A DNA stretch of 64,000 bases, from the NCBI GenBank assembly GCA_013265495.1, contig MU057809.1, forward strand, positions 806,001-870,000, read 5' to 3'. The position numbers and the translations under genes were made by a program. This document shows positions 47,456 through 58,870 of the stretch, piece after piece. This stretch comes from Vicugna vicugna (lineage: Eukaryota). Each line of letters starts with the position of its first letter. Position 1 is the stretch's first letter. The notes beneath the pieces are model-generated. The model did no database searches, was not told the DNA's origin, and saw only the letters and a program-made list of their open reading frames with translations.

Positions 47456-50400
47456 GAGCTGTCTGAAGCCACCAGCGGACACGGCCATCACTATGACTCC
47501 TGCACCCACGGCGCCTTCCCAGTACTTAAACCTTGATCTGTTCTCCGTTAATTAGCGAGTTGTCGCTGAGGCCAGGGGCTGCCCCGTGGTCTGTCTGGAG
47601 TCGCCCTGGGGGTTGTGGGAAAATCCCTGGCCTGGAGCCATCAGCCTCGTGTGAGTCCTGCCTCCCTGGGGGCTGTGAGTCCCTGGACCCCCTCTGTGAT
47701 GGGGACATGACCTCCTCAGGCCGGCCCAGGACCAGCTAACCACCGGCTCCTAGGCAGGGCCAGCAGAGGGTGAGCAGAGGCAGCCAGGGTTGCTTTCTGG
47801 AGGAGGGGAGGGGGACAGGACGGGGAGCCTGCATTTGAGGGAAAGACAGCCAGTGGAGCAGCCCCCCTCCCTGCCGTCAGGTGGCTCAAGCCAGGGCCCG
47901 CAGGGCTGGTGGCCGGGCGCTGGGCGGGCCCAGGCGGGAGCTCGGAGCTCAACGAGCCCCACACGCTCCGCAGCCCACAGCTGTGAGGGGTGCGGGGCCC
48001 CTCCCCGCTTTACAAGCAGGGACATGAGTGCTGAGCCCCCTGGCCACAGGCTCACAGCAGAGGCGGGGCTCTCTGAGCCCAGGGCCAAACTCCCGACAGC
48101 CTCGCTACCTCTCACACACTCTGGAAGGCGCCCTGGCTCTGAACGAGGAACGGGCAGCGCTCCCCGCAGCCTCTGTGCAGCGCCTGGGCTGCCGGGCGCC
48201 CACCCACCTGCCTCGGCCCTGCCCACACCCGCCCCGCATCATGACCCGGCCCTGCCTGCCTGGGACACCCTCCCTGTAGCTGAGAGCCTGTCCGTCGGGA
48301 ACGTAGACACGGAGCTCCCGATCAGTCAAGGAGCCGGACTACGAAATCAGGAGAGTGACCGGCCTGTGTGGTGATGCTTCCCCTGTGTCAGACTGCACGG
48401 TCTTTACAAGATCGCAGATGTGCAATGGGAAAATTAAATTCTGGTAATAAATGCGGCCTGACCTTGGAGAAGAAAACATCCCCTCTGCCGTCAGGCATCA
48501 AAATGTGGCCCGTCACTCAGTTCCCAGACGCCCACAAGTAGGCAGGGCCTCACCCTCGGGCTGGGACGTGCCACCTGCCGCTTGTGGGAGCATGCTCCCC
48601 GCACCTGCCCAGCCGCCCTGGGACCCCCCGCAGGCGCTCCTGGCACACGGGGCAGGGCCGGAATGTGGGCTCAGTGGAGCGGCGGCCTCCAGGTCACAGG
48701 CCTGCCAGAGGAAGGGAGGGCATGGGCCCCGGTCCGCCCTGTCCAGGTGGGGCAAGGGGGCGCAGCTTCCAACACAGCCCACCCAGTGACGTGAGTCCGG
48801 GGGGACCGTGACCAATCACTGTGATTTGGGACAAAGTCAGTGTCTTGACCACCCCATGGTCCCAGTAGCTCAGTTGCTTACATAAACGTGAATGAATAAT
48901 TTACACGACGGTTTGGATTAAATAAATAAAAGATAGCCCTCCTCCTTGGGAAAGGCCGTGCTCTGACACAGCCTCTTCCCGGAGTAGAGGCGCGTCCTCT
49001 GGTGGGGCTGGGTGGCCTGTGCGCAGCGGGATCCCAGGAGTCTGCGGTGACCCCGCCCCACACCCACCAGCACAGCTGTCCCGTCCAGGCCCGGTGGTCG
49101 GTCACAGGCCTGTCCTGGGGCGATGACCACACGTGGGCAGACAGAGCCATCAGGGCAGACGAGTGGTCCTGCCGGGGGACCTCACTGCCCCGTGCATGTC
49201 CCAGGCCGCTCAGGCACACCACGGACGGTGTCACCGGATGCTTGGGATGAAGACCTGGCCAAGTGGCCCCCTCCCCTCCTGTCCCTCCCTTCTCCTCCCT
49301 CACCCCCTCCCCGTGCCGCCAGTGAGGGAGGAGGTCAGCACTCAGAGAGGCCCAGACGCGGCCCAGCCCTCTCCTGCCCTCCAGCCCTCCAGCGTGCTGC
49401 CCACCTTCCCTCTGAGCCAAAGCCCTCTCTCCTTGATCCCCCACCCCCAGCCTGGGCCCCTCTCCCCTCAGGGGTTCTGCAAGTCCTTGGGGAGGGAAAG
49501 GGACGGGGAGGAAGGCTGGTGGACAAGTGGACATCAGGGAACAGAGGACTGGATCGCCCAGAGCCCCAGTGTGGAGGGCGGGCCCGGGGGTGCAGGCGAG
49601 GGACGGACATGGAGGTCAGGGGCAGCGCCGTCTGCCCTCTGCCCTGGTAGGAGCGCCCGGCCCAGGCCCACAGGCTGCCTCCAGCCATGTCCAAGGGGCC
49701 GTGCGCCGGCTCTGACCTCTACCCCATCCGCCACCATCCCCGACGCCTGCTCCTCCTGGAACTGCAGAAGCAGCTGTGAAGCTCCGTGGGAAGGACGTGG
49801 AGCAAAAATAAACTGCACTTTGTTACGTAAAGGCTGGCAGGAGCGCTTCACCCCGGGAGCAGAGCCGTCAGGATAAAGAAGCAGTTAAGGGCGGGCATCT
49901 CTGGAGACCCAGTTCACAGCCCAGAACTCGGGGGCTGGTTCTCCCTAGAGGGGCGGGTGGAGCCAGCGAGAGGCAGGCAGGCAGGTGGACGGGCGGACGA
50001 AGGCCGGAGCCCTGTGTGGTCTCTGCCCGGCCCCAGCAGGCGGTGTGCCGCCCGGCAGAGCCCGGCTGTGCGCCTGCTTCGCTCAGAGAGCCGCTCCACA
50101 GCCGTTCAACGTCCGTCTTGTCGGTCTGCAGGCCAAAGGGGGCAGGGCGGGGCGGCAGTGGTGGGAAGGCCTCTGCTCTGGGCTGACGGCTGTGGGCCTG
50201 GCGCGGCCCCACACTCGGGAAGGCGGGGCCAACCCTCGTCCTGGAGCGCTGAGAGCAGGGCGGATGAGACCCCGCTGGGACGCCAACTCCGGGGACCGGG
50301 TCCCTGCACGAGTTCTCAGGGGGCACGGGGCTTCCTCCACAGGAGCCGTCATCCCACGGCACAGTATTTAAGGCAGCCTTTGCCCAGCGGGTGCTTCCTC

Positions 50401-53400
50401 CAGCAGACGCGAGCTCAGGAGGCCAGGACCCGGTCTTTCAGCTGTTGCCATGTCCCCAGGGCGTTTCGAGGAGCCCAGAGGACAGCAGGTGAATGGCCAC
50501 TTCTCCATAACCCTCGTCACACCCCCAAAAACCTGATGGAGGTTTACACAAGAGCCCCAATCCCAGACACGGCGAGCGGAATGCACGCTCACTCTTGCCC
50601 CCGCTGCAGCCGCGGGGAGAGGGGGAAGAGGCAGCAGACGGGGGTGGACACATGGCAGGCGGTGAGGAGCAGCCGGGTGCAGGCCTGGGGGGCAGGGACT
50701 CACCGCCCCGGGCCGGGGAGGCGGCGGGAGCACGGCGGGGCCAAGGGCTGGGAGGCGCGGGAGCCGGGGCTCTGAGGGTCTAGCGAGGGGGTGTCCACTG
50801 CTCGGCCCCCGCCCCCTGGGGAGGAGGCACCAGGTCTGACAGGCCGGACACGAGGCTGAGCCAGAAGGGGTGACCGGCTTAACCACGAGACCAAGAGTGC
50901 AGCTGCGGCCAGCGCTGCAAGACGCCCTCCCGTCCCGGGCGCCAGCCTCACGCCCGCAGGCAGAACTGAGGCGCCGGGCAGCCCGCTGGCCGTGGCACCC
51001 GCCTCCGTTTCAGCCACCGGTTTCCCAAGAAGCCAACCTACGCGATGCTGACTGGGCTCCACACCTGTGCGGGGACGGGGGCAGGAGGAAGCGGGTCTGG
51101 GGGAGAAGTCACCTGCAGCTGCCCGCCCCCAGCCCAGCTGACCCGGTGGGGGGTCTGCAGGGCCGCAGGGCCTTCACCCCCTCCCTGTACTCAGTCACCA
51201 GAGGGAGAGTGACTTCGCCTGGTGGCTCTGCGCCCAGCAGGGCAGGCGCGGTGGGGCGGGGAGAGGGCCTGGCAGCTAAGCTCCCCGCCGACCCCTCAGC
51301 AGAGGGAGGCCCACCGCCAGCGCCCCCAACCCAAAGAACTGTCCACTCCCTCCCACGCCAGCACCCCCATCCCCGCCAGACACTGCAGGAAATTCCTAAC
51401 CAAAGGGCAAGAATGAAACCTGCAGGAGCAGGAAGCCTTAAGCACGGCGACTTCCGCCCTCGCCGGAGCGAAGCAGAGTCCCCCTACAACCGGAGCTACA
51501 CCCACGCGGACGGCCGTCCAGGAGGGGCTGAGAGAGAGAGAGCAGAAGCCACGTCCCAGAGGGGCCCTGCTGAAACCGCGACCAGAACCAGACAGGGACA
51601 ACAGCAAAGAAAAAACAAGAGATTCCAACTAGCAGAAATTCTATACAAAGAGCCTGCAGACCACGGACGGGAAAAAACGCCAAGGAGACCACAAGGAAAG
51701 CCTCCAGACGCCGGGACGCGCCTCCCCGGGCCGAGCCGGCAGCACGTGGCCGGCTCTGATCATGCAGATGCGGCTGGAGCCGGAGCCCCGCCCGGCACAG
51801 CCCCGACCCGCCCGCGGCGGGGAGCCCATGCAGCTCCCGCCAGAGCGCGCCCCAGTCTGAGAGCTGACAAGGGACATTCTCACGCTCGCCCTGCCGCTCC
51901 CAGCTGCTGGAGGACAGCCGGCCAAGTGGAGACACAGTGCTGGGGCCCGGGGCCCTGCAGAGGGACACACGTGCCGGGGGGGAGGGGAGTCGCGGAGCGC
52001 TGGACCGGGGTGAGAGCGAGGGGCTGGGCGCAGGGGCCGGGGACCGCAGGGGAGCACGGCCGAGGAAATGAAGCAGCCGCCCAGCTGACGGGGCCGCATG
52101 TCCTAAGCACTGGGAGTGGGCGATGGCTCTGCCGGAGGGTCCCAGGGGGACTGGACACGCCAGGTGGACAACCAGGACCGAGAGAGTGAGGCATACAGCG
52201 AGTCTAGGCAAAAAGACGACCCGTGGCCTGAGATAGCCACAGCTGTGCTTGCCCTGAGGCCCCGAGAGCAGCGTGAGCACGGAGGGCCGGGCTGGGCTCG
52301 TCTGCGGGAGCCTCCAGGAACCGGCCCAGCCCACGGCGGGGAGGAAGGACCACCGCGGGGCCTGCCTCCTCGTGGCCCAGGGAGGGCAGCCCTCGGCGCA
52401 AAGGCAGACGGGGGGGGGTGCGGCTGACCCCTCCGCCCCTCCTGCCCACGCCCATGCCCGGCCATGGTCCTCACAAAAGCACGTGCTGACCACAGAGGCT
52501 CCGAGAGGCTTTCGTCCCTGAGATGGTGGCTGAGGAAAGCCCAGGGCAGCCGGGGCCCCAGGGTGTGTGGGGGTCGACGTCCCCAAGAGCGGCTGGTGCC
52601 AGACTGGCCCCCATCAGCACCCCAACCCCAGCTCCTTGAATGGACACCCGGTGTGCAAATGCCGAGGGGGAGCTGGGGCGAGGGGCGGAGGGGCCGGCCC
52701 GGCCAGAGGCCCAGAGGAGAGGAGCCCGTGCTGCTGAGGACCCGGCCCTGCGGGCGGAGCCGTCACGGGCCACCTACCGGTGCTCCTGCTCCAACCTGTT
52801 TAGGGGCTGGAAGCAGCTTTTGAAATTTTCCTCTGGGGACCCAAGGCAGTCATTTTTCTTTCTGAAAAATGAATAAAAAACACTTAGGCAATGCTAGGAT
52901 TTCAGACTTTAGAAAAACCACAGAAAAGACGAAGATGTCACCACCAGGAGGAGCAGCCCTCAGAGCCAGGCCGAGTCAGCGGCTGTTTCTCAACGTGGCG
53001 CATGTGGGGGCCGCTCCCAGCACGCCAGCGTGAAGGGCAGCAAGGAAGGACCTGGGGACTGGCCAGCGAGGGAGGCTGCAGGGGGAGGTCAGGGTGCCAG
53101 GGCGGGCGGCGCACCATCCACCTTTCCGAGGGACGGGACCACCAGCTTCCCGCTCCGCTCCAGGCCACAGAGGAAGCCTGGGTGCCTCTGATCCTGTGCC
53201 CTCTGCCCTCTGCCCTCTGGGCTTCCTTGGCTACCCTGTTCACGCAAACCCTTCCTCCACAGCCTGGAAGGCTCCTTGGGGCATGGTGCCAAGCTCTTTC
53301 TCCGAGGCCTCCATTTTCTCAGCACATCCGTAAGCAGGCTGGGTGAGCGTCTGGCCCACAGCAGGGAGACCGAAGCTCAGAACAGGGATGGGACGGGCTC

Positions 53401-54904
53401 TGAACTGGCCACCCTGGCCCACGGCTCAGATGAAGCTGGTTCGCCCGTGGGACCAGGGCGGCTGAGGAGCCGGCCCCTTGGGAAGCACTCTGGGGCTCCC
53501 CAGCAGGCGCTGAGAACTGGCTGTGCTCCGGCCCAGCGCTGGGCCGCGCTCCCAGGGCTGAATTATTCATGTTTGGTAACTTCTAAACTATTTCAGTTTT
53601 TCATTTTTAAATATTTAATAATTAGGCATCAAATATTTATGCAATTTTATTAGCGATCGCGAGAGCCGGCAGCGCAGGGCTACGGCTGGGGGTGCATCCT
53701 GCTCCTGGCTGGCCATCTGGCGGGAGGAGGGGACGGGGCCTTCTGTGGGCTTCAAGCTCTGGGACGCCTCGCCGAGCTCCCGCCGGTCCTCCTGGAAGCC
53801 GCCTTCCCTTCCCAGATCCCGAGTCCGGAGGAGAACCTTGGTGGGCTGGCAGGCACTGAGGTCCGCACGTGCCCTGCCAGCCTGGCAGCTGAAGGTTCCG
53901 GGCTCCCCTCCCTGCATGGCACTTGGGCACGAGGCCTTTCCAAGAAAGGGCCCTGCACGGCACCACCGGCCCCCACTGCTGGCTGCAGGGGCAGGAGGAC
54001 AGGACCCTACCGTCCACGAGCCGGAACCTCCTGCCGCGGGAGGGGCGTCTGTGCTCAAACTGTCTAGAGCCAGAGGCCCAGGAACAGTCTCTCCCTCACG
54101 AGCCCGTGTTCCCCCGCTGGGCCGGAAATTGCACGTTTTACACGAGAGAGGAGACTCTGGCCCTGGAATCACACGCAGATGAGCAGCACGCATGCCCACC
54201 GCCCGGCTGCCTGGCAGACGCCCGCCCCGGGTACGCGCAGTGCCGGCTTTCAAACGGGCATCTGTGTGTGATTAACTGCTCACTCCAGCAAGCAGCCTGT
54301 CACCTCGCACAGAGGGATCTGAAAAGACACCGGCAATTACAGCCCCCCAGATTACGGGGCGGGAGTCCCGGCTGACAAGCAGGCGCTGGTGTGATGCCAC
54401 GTCCTCAGGAAGGCTCCCTCACCAGAGACGCAGCAGCCCGAGCCCCAGGCCCAGCGCCCCCGACTCGCAGCCGCCCTCTGACGGACGGATGTGGGGACGG
54501 GCCCGAGGGGACCGGTGCCCTGCCCAGCATCACCCAGCAGGGAGCAGAGAAGCTGGACATTTGGGCCGGGCCTTCCGGGGAAACGGCAGCGCCAGCACCG
54601 CTGTGAGGACCCGGCCCTGAACACCGGGCCCCGCCTCGGTCAGAAAGGCCGAGGGCACGGGCATGGCCCCTCGGGAGCCCCGTGTCTGGTATCTCCGCGG
54701 AACTCCCTGCTCTCTGACCTTATTTATGTAATTATCTGCTTGGTGAGCTCTCACCCTGCCAGGACGGGGGCCTGGGCCACACCGACTACGGCTTCCCCGG
54801 GCAGCAGGACCTGGGACGCACTCGCCCCGTAGAGATGAGGTGGAACTCCCTCTGCACTCCCTGGCTGGTCTGAGCCTGTGACAACCCTACGAGGGTCCCT
54901 CGGG

Positions 54905-54945
54905 CACGCCCATTTCATGGATAGGGAGACTGAGGGTCAGTTAGA
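54905..54945 (-). mobile_element. MIR core fragment
   Basis: cccatttcatggatagggagactgagggtcag vs antisense MIR cccattttacagatgaggaaactgaggctcag. Confidence 0.5.
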
Positions 54946-55964
54946 AACAAACTGCTGGAAGCTGTGCTTGCACGCTCACGTGTGTACTCGCACACGCACA
55001 CGTGCTCAGATGCCAGAGCCAGGCCCCACCCAGAGGGCAGAGGCACACAACAGCTTCAGCTGGGACGGGAGAGCAGCTGCTGACCACCAGTTTCCAGCAA
55101 CTTCCTTCCACGCACGCCCGGGCAGGTGGGCTGCCAGGGGTTTCTGGTGAGCAGAGCGGCAAGGGCATGGGGGGAGCCGGGATGCTGGCCGTCGTGGTTC
55201 CAGCTCCGGCTCCGGCTCCGGCTACGAGGGGCGGGCAGGGGCTGTGGCGCCCTCTGTCCACGCTGCGGGCTGCATGGATGGTTACCTTCCGACAGCAGGC
55301 TTCCAGGAGCTAACCCCCTGGAGGAGAGCTCCTCTCGGAGAGGAAGCCTTTGCGGAGCTCATCTTTTATCGACTGACTCATTTCCGAGTCAATCTGTCTG
55401 CTTTCGGCAAGACAAGAGTTTTAGATCTTCCGCCTTGCCCTCCTTTGGCGAGGCGGCAGTCTATTAACACCTGCTCGCGTGTGCAGCAGGGCCTGGATCT
55501 GAGATGTGAGGACTTCACAGAGCAGGAGGTGAGGGAAGAGGACCCCAGAACTGCTGGAGCGACTGGAGAGAGGGAGAGAGGGCAGGCTCTGGAAGGAGGG
55601 AGGCCGAGGAAGGACGCAGGCAGGGAAGGCGACCCGAGGGGCCCGGGACGGCATGCACCAGGCTCCCAGCAGAGCCAGCCTGGGGGGACATCTCCGGAGA
55701 AGATGGGACTGGGATGGGGAGTGAATGAACGAGAAGCGCCTCGGCTCTGCCTGCAGGAAGGAGCGGGCCAGACGCTCTCGCCCGGCCCGGAGGGCAGTGG
55801 GGCGGCTCCCAGGGCTGATCTGCTCCCCAGCATCAATGACAGGCAGGTCCCCCAGCCCCTCTGCCCGGACAGCGGCCCTGCGGTCCCAGGGGTCTGCGTG
55901 GAGGCAGTGTCCCCACTGCAAAATTCACTGCGGCCCAGCACAGCAGGCAGTGCAGGCTCTGCCT

Positions 55965-56050
55965 GAGGAGGGAGCGGAGGCTCAGAGAAGTCCAGTGACT
56001 TGCCTGAGGACACACAGCGGTTGGTGGTGGAGCCAGGTCTCCTGACTCCT
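55965..56050 (-). mobile_element. MIR fragment
   Basis: gaggctcagagaagtccagtgacttgcctgaggacacacagcggttggtggtggagccagg vs antisense MIR gaggctcagagaggttaagtgacttgcccaaggtcacacagctagtaagtggcagagccggg. Confidence 0.7.
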
Positions 56051-57159
56051 GCTCCTGGGGGCAGGGGTGGGGCTCTGCCTGACAACCAACGTTGTGCCCA
56101 GAAGAAGACGCCTCTGCTGTGGCAGCGCCCCACGAGCCCCGGCTGGCCAAGGGAAATGCTTCTCCCTCCAGTTTCTGCCCCGTTCCTACCTCTCCCCGAC
56201 CACGAGGAACCGCAGCATCACCAGCATCCAGACGCCGGCGCGCAAGGTGAGGGAGGCGGGAGGTCACCCTGGGCGCCCGCCCGAGGCCCGCAGGGCTTCA
56301 GGAGCCCCCACGCCCCCCACCCCGGAGCCAGAAACAGGAAGCGGATTCTCCCCAGAGCCTCCGGGAGGAACACAGCCCTCCACACCGTGACTTCAGCCGA
56401 GTGAGATCTGACACCCAGAGCTGTCACGTGACACGTCCGTATGCGTCGAGCCCAGCAGCATGTGGCGACTCGTCACAGTGGCTGCAGGGAGCTGACTCGG
56501 GGGCTGCGCGACCGTCAGGCCTCTGGGTTTCTGAGGCCACCCCTCCCTGCCAGGCAGCAGTGGGGTCGCAGCGGCCGCGGCCCCAGGAGCTTTAGGAACG
56601 CCGGTCGGTTATGTCGGAGGGTGCTGTGTGCCAGGCACCGTCCCAGGCTTGGGGGACACGGTCTGGACAGACAGGTAAAAACCCCGCCCTGGTGGAAGTT
56701 ACATTCCGACTAGGGACACGGGTGAAAACGAGGTGAAGGGGACAGATGGGCAGCGCTGCAGAGGTGGTCGCGCTATAGCGGACAAGGATGTGGGCGGGGA
56801 GGCCGCCGCGGGGTTGGGGGGCGGAGGTGCCCGCCAAGAGGTGACGCTGCAGCCCAAGGGGAGCCGGGGCGGGAGCTGACAGCGCGCCGCAGGCAGAGAG
56901 CCACGCAGGCAGAAGTCCTGAGGCGGGAGTGGGCCCTGATAGTCCCAGGGAAGCGAGGAAGGCACCAGCCCCGGAGCCGGCCTGGAGAAGCAAACGGCCT
57001 CTAAGAAGAGCAGTGAGGCTGGGGGACTCGCGCTGTCAAGACGCAGTCCTGGTGCCAATGCAGGTACGGCAGAGACTCCAGGCCGAGACCGACACGCGCA
57101 TCCACCCTCAAGGCTGGCGGGAGCAGCAGCCAGCGGACACCTGGGTGCGAACAAACAGA

Positions 57160-57975
57160 CCCTGACCCCCCGTTACAACGCATGCCCAAATGAACCGACA
57201 CGGGCCACACGTCTCCACATAAAAGCCTCTGGAAGAAAGTGGGGGGCGACAGTCTCGGGGAAGCAGAGTCCTCAGGACACACAGCCCCCGCAGAGGCACA
57301 GGGGCAGGCCAGACCCCATCGGCACTACAGTGCTCAGAAAGTGACCCCGTGACAACCACCTAGCTGAAAAACGGGCCAAAGACTCATGCGGACATTTCAC
57401 CAGGGAGGATGTGCCCGCGCTGCGACCCCGCGTCAGCCCTCGGGATGCTCTAGCCGACGAGCCAGAGGGCGCCCCGCGGAGGGGACGGGGAGCAGCAGAG
57501 CGGGAAACGGCGCAGCTGCTCTGGAAGGCACTTCAGCAGTTCCTAAAGTGAAGCATAAACTTTCCATACAATCCTGCAACCCCACTCCCCCCCAAGAGAA
57601 TGTGAACCTGACACACATTCAGGTGCTCACAGCAGCCAAGCAGCAGCGACAAGGGACAGGCGACGGAGCGTGGGCGTCACCAGGAGCTCAGAGCAATGAA
57701 GGCTGGCTCTGCGGCAGCGTGGGGGACCCTCGACACGGCACGCTCGGGGGCAGAGCAGACAGACGCCCGTGTGCTGTGCGCTCCCCTCCACGTGCAGTGT
57801 CCGGAGAAGACACCCCTGCGGACAGAGCACAGCTCAGTGGCGGGCGGGGCTGCGGGTGGGAACAGACGCTGACTGTGACGGGAACGTGCTGGCGTTAGAC
57901 CGTGGAGACGGCTGCACACTTACTAAAGACACCTAACTGTACATTTAAAATAGGAGCAAACTGGGAGTTTAGTTT
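57160..57975 (+). mobile_element. Ancient L1 (L1MB-like) ORF2 end and 3' UTR
   Basis: aaaaacgggccaaagactcatgcggacatttcaccagggaggat...ctctggaaggcacttcagcagttcctaaag...catacaatcctgcaaccccact...ttactaaagacacctaactgtacatttaaaatagg. Confidence 0.75.
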
Positions 57976-57984
57976 TTATCCCCT

Positions 57985-58870
57985 CTCTCTTTTTAAAGAT
58001 GTTTAGAGAAGTTTTAGGTTCATAGAATTGTGCGGGAGATACAGAGCTCCCCTGAAACCAGCACACAGGCACCGCCTCCCCGTGGTCACCGCCCCGCAGC
58101 AGAGGGGCGGCCGGTACGCCTGGTGGACCTACCTGGACACGACATGGTCACCAAAGCCCAGCACGCACAACACAGTTCACTCGGGGGGGGGGCTGTGCGC
58201 TCTGCGGGTTTGGACAAACAGAGGCGTGTGAGCACCGTCAGCGTCACACAGAGCAGCTTCGCTGCCTCGAACACCCTCTGTGCCCCAGCCTGCCCCGCTC
58301 CCGCCCCTCAGCCCTGGCCACCGCTGGTCGTCCCAGGGTGTCCCTGTTTGCCTTTTCCGGAAGGTCACAGGGGTGGAATCACAGTGTGGAGCCTTTTCAG
58401 GCTGGCTTCTTTCACTTGGCAGCATACGCGTGTGAGGTTCCTCGGTGGCTTTCCAGGACTTGATAGCTCATTTCTTTGCAGCACTGAGCAACGTTCCACT
58501 GTCTGCCGGACCACGTTGCTCTAATCCATTCCCCTCCCGAAAGATAGCTTGGTTGCTTCCAGGGTTTGGTAGTTATAATTAAAGCAGCAGGAGGGGAAGG
58601 TGCAGCTCAGTGGTGGAGCGTGTGCTCAGCGTGCACGAGGTCCTGGGTTCCATCCCCAGTACTGCCATTAATAAAAATTAAAAAAAAAAAACAGCTTTCT
58701 GTTCTTTTAGGCGAACGCTAAGGAGTGTGCCTGCTGGACCATATGGTCGTTTTGTAAAGAACCACCACGCTGGCTCCCAGAGATGCCACGCCGTGTTGCA
58801 CCCCCACCAGTGATGCATGAGAGCACTTGAGGCCCCACGTCCTCGCAGCATCGTGGTGGCATCTCCCGGT
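57985..58870 (-). mobile_element. Ancient L1 (L1MC1/2-like) 3' UTR, interrupted by the SINE at 58593
   Basis: tttagagaagttttaggttcatag...gggtttggacaaac...ttgccttttccggaaggtcacagggtggaatcacagtgtggagccttttcaggctggcttctttcacttggc...cttgatagctcatttcttt...cttggttgcttcca...cccaccagtgatgcatgagag. Confidence 0.8.
58593..58691 (+). mobile_element. tRNA-derived SINE, Vic-1-like (camelid), short form
   Basis: GGGGAAGGTGCAGCTCAGTGGTGGAGCG...GAGGTCCTGGGTTCCATCCCCAGTAC followed by an A-rich tail. Pol III A box (CAGCTCAGTGG, 58603-58613) and B box (GGTTCCATCCC, 58646-58656). Inserted within an older L1. Confidence 0.85.

Noticed and set aside
49217-49232. REST/RE1-like core CACCACGGAC
   Set aside because: The left half lacks properly spaced TTCAG and the right half (GGTGTC vs AGCGCC) has three mismatches.
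50870-52189. 439-aa plus-strand ORF, the longest in the track
   Set aside because: Pro/Arg/Gly/Ala-rich low-complexity translation with no recognisable domain. Long stop-free frames are expected at this GC content, and it lies antisense within an intron.
51438-52586. 382-aa minus-strand intronic ORF
   Set aside because: Not MAD1-like, compositionally biased, no convincing splice context.
58593-58665. tRNA-like A and B boxes, considered as a tRNA gene
   Set aside because: No complete cloverleaf or acceptor stem, and a poly(A) tail follows: a SINE, not a tRNA.
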